12,516 bases of DNA, taken from the IMG/VR virus record IMGVR_UViG_3300027628_000013; one strand, 5' to 3'. Shown piece by piece: positions 7,925 to 12,516 of the stretch (the first letter of the stretch is position 1; the number at the start of each line of letters is the position of its first letter). Under the pieces are notes generated by a model. It had not been told where the DNA came from. It worked only from the letters and a program-made list of their open reading frames with translations, and did not search any database. Origin of the DNA: a virus (lineage: Duplodnaviria; Heunggongvirae; Uroviricota; Caudoviricetes; Herelleviridae). The position numbers were made by a program, and so were the translations under genes.

Positions 7925-8848
7925 GTGAGTAATGTTTTGAAAGCACCACCATATAATCCAGACCTAACCATCGAGAACTCTACAAAAGAAGAATTTATGA
8001 TGAACAGCATACGTTTAATATATCATGCAATGAAACGATACCAATGGTTTATAAATAATACATTTATAGAAGAGGGAGACCTTTTCTCTATAGGTTACAT
8101 AGGTCTTGACAAGGCTTATGAAAACTTCGACCCTAGCTATGGAGTTAAGTTTTCCACATATGCAGTTCCTAAGATAATGGGAGAGTTCCAAAGAACTGTA
8201 AGAGACTTTGACCCAGGAGCTAAGTTTCCTAGAATATGTAAAGAGATAGGTGCTTCCATACTGAAGCTTCTAGCTTCTAAGGACTTGGACTTAATGGACG
8301 TTGCCCCTGAATGGATTGCTGAGGAGCTAGAAAAGGATATCAAAGATGTAAAATCATCCTTGGTGTATCTAGAGTACAGAAAGTGCATAAATATAGGGTC
8401 TCCTATGTTTAAAAGTGAAGACAGCAAGACCCTAACTCTTGAAGATATGCTGGAAGACACTAGAATAGAGGATGTTGACAGGTCTGTAATCCTAGACGAC
8501 TTTAAGTCCAATCTAACTGAGAGAGACAGAAGGATACTAGACATGTACTTGACTGGCAGATATACTCAATACGATATTGGTGATATCATTGGCATGTCTC
8601 AGGTGCAGGTTAGTAGAATCCTAACTAAAATAGAGAGACTAGCCAGTAAGTACAACGATGGCTTTAACATTAAACAAAACACTAAATGGTCTAGGGACTC
8701 TAAAGAAGGTACTCCTGAGAAAGAAAAGGCTATTGAAATGCTAAAAGCAGGTAAACATACTATGGCTAGCATTGCAAGAACCTGTAACGTAGCTGAAAGT
8801 ACTGTATCACGTTGGAGGAAAAAATTAGAAGCCCAAGGCTTTATTTAA
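7925..8848 (+). CDS. RNA polymerase sigma factor, SigF/SigG/SigB-like, with extra C-terminal HTH (307 aa)
   Basis: Region 2 DLFSIGYIGLDKAYENFDPSYGVKFSTYAVPKIMGEFQRTVRD; region 4 LTERDRRIL...TQYDIGDIIGMSQVQVSRIL; GTG start with GAGGGGA RBS. Confidence 0.92.
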   Translation: MSNVLKAPPYNPDLTIENSTKEEFMMNSIRLIYHAMKRYQWFINNTFIEEGDLFSIGYIGLDKAYENFDPSYGVKFSTYAVPKIMGEFQRTVRDFDPGAKFPRICKEIGASILKLLASKDLDLMDVAPEWIAEELEKDIKDVKSSLVYLEYRKCINIGSPMFKSEDSKTLTLEDMLEDTRIEDVDRSVILDDFKSNLTERDRRILDMYLTGRYTQYDIGDIIGMSQVQVSRILTKIERLASKYNDGFNIKQNTKWSRDSKEGTPEKEKAIEMLKAGKHTMASIARTCNVAESTVSRWRKKLEAQGFI

Positions 8849-8864
8849 AGTGAACTGCCTGTGA

Positions 8865-8892
8865 TTGACGAGAGTAAGAAATCACCTAGAAT
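8865..8892 (+). promoter_or_regulatory. candidate sigma-A promoter
   Basis: TTGACG (8865-8870), 16 nt spacer, TAGAAT (8887-8892). Confidence 0.45.
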
Positions 8893-8950
8893 TACATAGA
8901 CCCTCTGTAGTCATGGGCAGACTATACTATGAGAAGGTGGAGAAGACAAT

Positions 8951-9322
8951 ATGAATTTTTTAGATTATGCTAGTGCAACGTATGCACACAGAACAGATGA
9001 CAACCACATTATTACAACGTTAGACTTTGTTTCTACTAGAGGTAGCTACAATATCTTTGAGGTACAGTCAGAGGAAGATTATGTAGTAATCTTTGAGAAC
9101 CAACCTAAGCTAATTAACCTAGTTAAGCAATACCCAAATGCTCTGTTTGCTATTAAACTGATTAAAGCAGATGACCGCATTCACAAGTATAAAACTAAGC
9201 TGAGTAACGACAGTGACAAAGTTGATGTATACACTGTAGGATTCATTGGGGTGTTAGCTAACCCTGACGAGGGTGAAGTCATTGGGCTTTCTACTCTAGG
9301 GGCAACCTTCAAGACAGTATAA
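8951..9322 (+). CDS. hypothetical protein (123 aa)
   Basis: Purine-rich RBS (AAGGTGGAG) upstream; followed by a terminator; no recognisable motif. Confidence 0.75.
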   Translation: MNFLDYASATYAHRTDDNHIITTLDFVSTRGSYNIFEVQSEEDYVVIFENQPKLINLVKQYPNALFAIKLIKADDRIHKYKTKLSNDSDKVDVYTVGFIGVLANPDEGEVIGLSTLGATFKTV

Positions 9323-9333
9323 TATTACTCATA

Positions 9334-9366
9334 ACACTCCTGGATATTAAATCTAGGAGTGTTTTT
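9334..9366 (+). terminator. intrinsic terminator
   Basis: 12-bp stem ACACTCCTGGAT / ATCTAGGAGTGT (one G-U pair), 5-nt loop, then TTTT. Confidence 0.7.
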
Positions 9367-9385
9367 ATATGTAAGGAGGGATAAA

Positions 9386-9853
9386 ATGACTAGCCATCAC
9401 TATAAAGTATTAACAAGTGCGTTCAGTCGTACCCATCTGTTAGACCAAGGCACTAAGAATGGGGTACGTTGGGAAGAGAATGGTCATGAGGGTGTTAACT
9501 GGATGAGGTTTAGTAATGCCTTAGACAAACACTTATCTGCTAATCAGCCCTTCCATACTGATGATGCAGACGTACAAACATTAAAGCAAATGCACCAACA
9601 GTATACCCAAATTAGAGAAACTCATAAGAAGACCATGATTCCTCATGTAAGAGGAGCTATGCAACGTCTTAAAGAGAAGGATACAACTGGTATGGGTAGG
9701 CACCATACTGAATACCTGCAACAAGCATATGCTCATCTAGATGCAAATGGTGGTCATCATTGGGCTGAGAAGGTAAGCACCCTACACCATCTTAACAGTA
9801 AGATAAAGGGGTTAACAGAACGACTCTCCGCTAAGGGAGTAGAGATGAAGTAG
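9386..9853 (+). CDS. His-rich protein (155 aa) with one W-M-R repeat
   Basis: Start moved from 9359 to ATG 9386 (AAGGAGGG RBS). RTHLLD..GVRW..GVNWMRFSNALDKHL matches the repeats of the 1014-aa protein. 16 His. Confidence 0.8.
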   Translation: MTSHHYKVLTSAFSRTHLLDQGTKNGVRWEENGHEGVNWMRFSNALDKHLSANQPFHTDDADVQTLKQMHQQYTQIRETHKKTMIPHVRGAMQRLKEKDTTGMGRHHTEYLQQAYAHLDANGGHHWAEKVSTLHHLNSKIKGLTERLSAKGVEMK

Positions 9854-9877
9854 GGGCTAAGGCTCCTACTTATTTTT
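9848..9877 (+). terminator. intrinsic terminator
   Basis: 10-bp stem AAGTAGGGGC-TAAG-GCTCCTACTT followed by ATTTTT. Confidence 0.85.
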
Positions 9878-9894
9878 GTGCCTAGAAATGGGGC

Positions 9895-9923
9895 TTGACA
9901 GAATTCTCCTTTCATGTAATAAT
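9895..9923 (+). promoter_or_regulatory. sigma-A promoter with extended -10
   Basis: TTGACA (9895-9900), 17 nt spacer, AATAAT (9918-9923), with TG at 9915-9916. Confidence 0.7.
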
Positions 9924-9970
9924 TTGGATTGTTCGGAAGAACACATTATGAAGGAGAGGACGATGACTAG

Positions 9971-10615
9971 GTGGAGAAGTCCAAGAAGCAATATGTGGAT
10001 AGTCAAGTTATTAGACAAGAGGAAGCTAAGAGGGAGCAGGAGGAGCACAAGCGTTTTGGTACTACTGGAGCTAAAGAACTTATGAAAGCTGGTGGTATCA
10101 AGGAAGCGGCAGTAGTATTCTCACACGAAGGTATGAATGCCTTTGCTACTATGTTTGCCAACTCTACAGAAGCTAGTGTTCAGAAAGCATTATCTAATCT
10201 AGAGCCTATGATTGAAAGAATAATTGAACAGAAACTTATTGAAATGCTTGAAGGAGCAACCCAAGGCATACAGGAATTTCTAGCAAGTTCTATGCAGGTT
10301 TCCGCTGAAAAGCAGGTTCAAGGTGTTATGGAAGGTTTGCTTGAGAAAACAGAAAAACAGCCCATTAAACGCCCCAAAAAGGACAAGCCTATCAAGGCTA
10401 GAACTAAACTTAAGAACAGTGAGATTATACTTTCTGTATTGCAAGAAGCTGGCAAGGAGCTTACTGTAAATGAGATATCTAAGATAGCAGAGGAAAAATA
10501 TGGTAAGAAATGGAATAATCCATCCTCTCCTATACTTTATGCTACTCAAAGGTATCCTGATAATATAATCAACATCAGTTACGGTCTATATATGTATAAG
10601 GGAGAAAATTCTTGA
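9971..10615 (+). CDS. DNA-binding protein with C-terminal Rok-like winged helix (214 aa)
   Basis: Helical N-terminus, basic linker KQPIKRPKKDKPIKARTKLK, and C-terminal EIILSVL..NEISK.AEEKYG..NN..YPD..YGLY..GE that aligns by eye with the B. subtilis Rok DNA-binding domain. The start codon is uncertain. Confidence 0.6.
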   Translation: MEKSKKQYVDSQVIRQEEAKREQEEHKRFGTTGAKELMKAGGIKEAAVVFSHEGMNAFATMFANSTEASVQKALSNLEPMIERIIEQKLIEMLEGATQGIQEFLASSMQVSAEKQVQGVMEGLLEKTEKQPIKRPKKDKPIKARTKLKNSEIILSVLQEAGKELTVNEISKIAEEKYGKKWNNPSSPILYATQRYPDNIINISYGLYMYKGENS

Positions 10616-10633
10616 TTTTGAGTTTTAATTAAA

Positions 10634-11580
10634 GCACAGAGCGGTTGAGACACACCGCTGACGAGTAGAGTTTATCTCTACTCCGTACTGAGGCTCTGCC
10701 CCATACCTGTTCGAGTCAGGGGCTTCGCTTAGGAGTAGCTCTCTTTGGTGAAAGCAGTTATGGCAACTATGGGTAGCATCCCTGAGACCGTAGGTTCGAT
10801 TCCTGCGGAGGGTCTAGCTAACTTCTCCTATCCTTGGAGGGGTCTCAGTATGGAGTAGATTACTACTTCAAATATTATCACCTTGGGTAGTTGTTGGTCA
10901 GGGCAGGATATAGCCCCGAAATATATCTTAAGACTTGGATAGTTGACAGTAACTATCAAAACTACCACAGAGTAGGACGGTGCTCTTTATCCCGCTTGGG
11001 GGACGATAAAAACATACCAAGTGATATCCAGTTCAGGGAGTCTCCTGTTCCAACCGTCACTGTTATACAATACATGAAGGTACCTCTTGGGGTGTGTAGG
11101 TACATATTTAGGGATACGTATCCCTCCTCCTTTGGGAGGAAATCACCCCTTACAATATGGGAGAGTGGCGGAATTTGGTAGACGCACCCACGATGGGAAG
11201 GGGTAATAATTCCTAGGTCTAAATAACTCTGTGTAGGTTCGAGTCCTACTTCTCCCACCACTACTATTGCATAGAGCTTTTAATGAAAGTTGTATGGAGC
11301 AGTAATGTTCTAGGTGTACGGATAATACACCTTGTATTGTGTTGTAAGGTATCTTCGTCCCGAAGAGATGTGGTATAGATGTCGTGGAAAGCATCTATAC
11401 GGAGCGGTAGAGGGCTTGGGAACCCTCTATATTCTGATATATTGCAAACTAAGTATGAAGAGGTTACAGCGTACCTTAGGGAATGAACTCTTTGTGCCTA
11501 GTTTGGAGTATGTGAGATGCTCCACGTCTAATAAATTCATATATTGTCTTCAGCTGGATAGACCTTTCACCTATCCAGCA
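10634..11580 (+). ncRNA. large structured ncRNA, candidate GOLLD/ROOL-like
   Basis: About 950 nt with no credible ORF, more than 15 hairpins, nested long-range helices (10876-10886/11017-11026, 11068-11078/11536-11546, 11148-11158/11339-11349), T-loops and candidate pseudoknots; adjacent to a phage tRNA cluster. Ends and family are uncertain. Confidence 0.6.
11159..11260 (+). ncRNA. tRNA-Leu-like RNA lacking a canonical anticodon arm
   Basis: Acceptor GGGAGAG/TTCTCCC, A73, CCA; Leu-type D arm GCG-GAATTTGGTAGA-CGC; T arm GTAGG-TTCGAGT-CCTAC; three small hairpins replace the anticodon and variable arms. Confidence 0.75.
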
Positions 11581-11585
11581 CTCCT

Positions 11586-11661
11586 TGTCCATTAGCTCAG
11601 TTGGTAGAGCGCTTGACTGTTAATCAAGATGTCACTGGTTCGAGCCCAGTATGGACAGCCA
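11586..11661 (+). tRNA. trnN: tRNA-Asn(GTT)
   Basis: TGTCCAT/ATGGACA acceptor; anticodon arm CTTGA-CTGTTAA-TCAAG; T loop TTCGAGC; G73; encoded CCA. Confidence 0.97.
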
Positions 11662-11664
11662 TAT

Positions 11665-11752
11665 GGAGAGTTACTCAAGCGGCTTAAGAGGACAGGTTGC
11701 TACCTTGTTAGGCGCTTTATAGCGTGCATGGGTTCGAATCCCATACTCTCCT
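11665..11752 (+). tRNA. trnS: tRNA-Ser(GCT)
   Basis: GGAGAGT/ACTCTCC acceptor; ACAGG-TTGCTAC-CTTGT; long variable arm; ATGGG-TTCGAAT-CCCAT; no encoded CCA. Confidence 0.92.
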
Positions 11753-11754
11753 TT

Positions 11755-11825
11755 ATCCCTATAGTGTAGCGGTAGCACTACAGTCTCCAAAACTGTCAGG
11801 CTAGGTTCGAACCCTAGTAGGGGTG
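11755..11825 (+). tRNA. trnW: tRNA-Trp(CCA)
   Basis: ATCCCTA/TAGGGGT acceptor; ACAGT-CTCCAAA-ACTGT; CTAGG-TTCGAAC-CCTAG; G73; no encoded CCA. Confidence 0.93.
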
Positions 11826-11828
11826 CTT

Positions 11829-11952
11829 GTTCCGTTAGTGTAAGTGGTGCACACTTTGCCCAATATTAACCGCTTTTATAGGACTGTGCTTGGTCGTATT
11901 CTTGTCGGGTTGAAGGCTGGTAGAGTAGGTTCGATTCCTGCACGGAACACCA
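11829..11952 (+). ncRNA. tRNA-like RNA with a 54-nt insert in place of the anticodon loop
   Basis: GTTCCGT/ACGGAAC acceptor, A73, CCA; D arm GTGT-AAGTGGTGC-ACAC; T arm GTAGG-TTCGATT-CCTGC; weak anticodon stem TTGCC/GGCTG enclosing 11861-11914. Confidence 0.75.
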
Positions 11953-12013
11953 AAATATAATATTTACTCAATCCAGTTAAGGGGTATCTGGTAATAAATA
12001 CCCCACCTATATT

Positions 12014-12089
12014 GGAGCTTTAGCTTAATTGGTAAAGCCCCCTGCTCATAACAGGGTTTATACAGATTCGAGTTCTGTAGGCTCCACCA
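12014..12089 (+). tRNA. tRNA with CAT anticodon, probably Ile2 (elongator Met not excluded)
   Basis: GGAGCTT/AGGCTCC acceptor; CCCTG-CTCATAA-CAGGG; encoded CCA. Paired G1-C72 and no triple G-C anticodon stem exclude an initiator. The GGA.CTT acceptor and CTCATAA loop resemble Bacillus tRNA-Ile2. Confidence 0.85.
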
Positions 12090-12094
12090 ACAAT

Positions 12095-12166
12095 GCCCCT
12101 ATGGTGTAACGGATAGCACAACAGGCTTCTATCCTGTTAGTCTGAGTTCGAGTCTTAGTAGGGGCG
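12095..12166 (+). tRNA. trnR: tRNA-Arg(TCT)
   Basis: GCCCCTA/TAGGGGC acceptor; ACAGG-CTTCTAT-CCTGT; D loop GGATA (A20); no encoded CCA. Confidence 0.94.
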
Positions 12167-12213
12167 TTTCCTTATGCTTTTTAGGGAGAAAATAGAATAC
12201 AGGAGATGATACC

Positions 12214-12516
12214 ATGCAAAACCGTAGTAATACTGACGTTTTTGGTATTGATGTTTCTAATCACCAAGGTGATATTAATTGGGTGGATGTAGCTAAGAGC
12301 GGTGTTAAATTTGTATATCTTAAGCTTACTGAAGGTCAGACTTTCCTAGACAAAAGGGCTTATCAGAACTACTTTGGTGCTAAGAATGCTGGTTTGCGTG
12401 TAGGTTTTTACTGCTTTTCTCACGTTACTAATGACCCTAAGAAAGAAGTAGATTTCTTTTTAAAGAAGTTAGGTGAGATGAAAGCTGACCTGCCACACGT
12501 TCTTGACTTAGAGGAT
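12214..12516 (+). CDS. endolysin, GH25 muramidase (5' partial, runs off the window; missing from the ORF track)
   Basis: AGGAGA RBS; translates as MQNRSNTDVFGIDVSNHQGDINW...FVYLKLTEG...GFYCF...LPHVLDLED, with the GH25 DVS, K.TEG and DxE motifs. Confidence 0.92.
   Translation, partial: MQNRSNTDVFGIDVSNHQGDINWVDVAKSGVKFVYLKLTEGQTFLDKRAYQNYFGAKNAGLRVGFYCFSHVTNDPKKEVDFFLKKLGEMKADLPHVLDLED

Noticed and set aside
554-8544. Minus-strand ORFs in the track (554-1018, 1175-1387, 1406-1678, 3172-3917, 5270-5455, 6158-6562, 6744-6950, 7308-7550, 8137-8544 and similar)
   Set aside because: Antisense shadows of well-supported + strand genes, with Ser/Leu-rich implausible products and no recognisable motifs.
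624-9385. Longer starts given in the ORF track (624, 2848, 9359)
   Set aside because: No RBS; strong Shine-Dalgarno sequences point to 669, 2887 and 9386.
9876-10085. Overlapping 69-aa ORF, or its 40-aa version from ATG 9963
   Set aside because: It overlaps the promoter and the 214-aa gene in another frame. ATG 9963 is close to the RBS, so a short peptide cannot be fully excluded, but nothing else supports it.
10658-10690. Hammerhead ribozyme (CTGACGA followed by a stem)
   Set aside because: Stem II is followed by CGTAC/TCCG rather than the required GAAA, and no stem I/III arrangement fits.
11159-11260. tmRNA or RNase P RNA
   Set aside because: No G3-U70 alanine determinant, a full D stem is present and no tag ORF lies between the acceptor strands; the RNase P GAGGAAAGUCC core was not found.
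11553-11579. Terminator before tRNA-Asn
   Set aside because: 9-bp stem but no U-tract; treated as a structural or processing hairpin.
10891-11595. ORFs 10891-11181, 10962-11261, 11143-11394 and 11332-11595
   Set aside because: No RBS, atypical composition, and overlap with tRNA-like and heavily base-paired RNA elements.

Overview
Fragment of a large tailed phage genome (Herelleviridae-like organisation; host probably a spore-forming Bacillota). All credible genes are on the + strand. Order: two small hypothetical ORFs, a probable small terminase, a GpA-type large terminase, a 548-aa and a 1014-aa modular protein, a 90-aa ORF, a SigF/SigG-like sigma factor with an extra C-terminal HTH, two hypothetical ORFs, a Rok-like winged-helix protein, about 950 nt of highly structured non-coding sequence, five canonical tRNAs plus two tRNA-like RNAs with rebuilt anticodon arms, and the 5' part of a GH25 endolysin. 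Two candidate systems stand out. (1) A possible capsid-cargo polyprotein set: the 1014-aa protein carries four copies of a 14-aa motif (hydrophobic-x-K-S-x-x-[LV]-x-[IL]-D-[LI]-x-K-[AG]) at its domain boundaries, resembling herellevirus prohead-protease K|S sites. It shares a 28-aa module and a DUF3626-like domain with the 548-aa protein, and a W-M-R helical repeat with a stand-alone ORF. (2) A large ornate ncRNA (GOLLD/ROOL-like by context) with nested long-range helices, candidate pseudoknots and an embedded anticodon-less tRNA-Leu mimic. All family assignments are by eye and from memory of the families; no searches were run.
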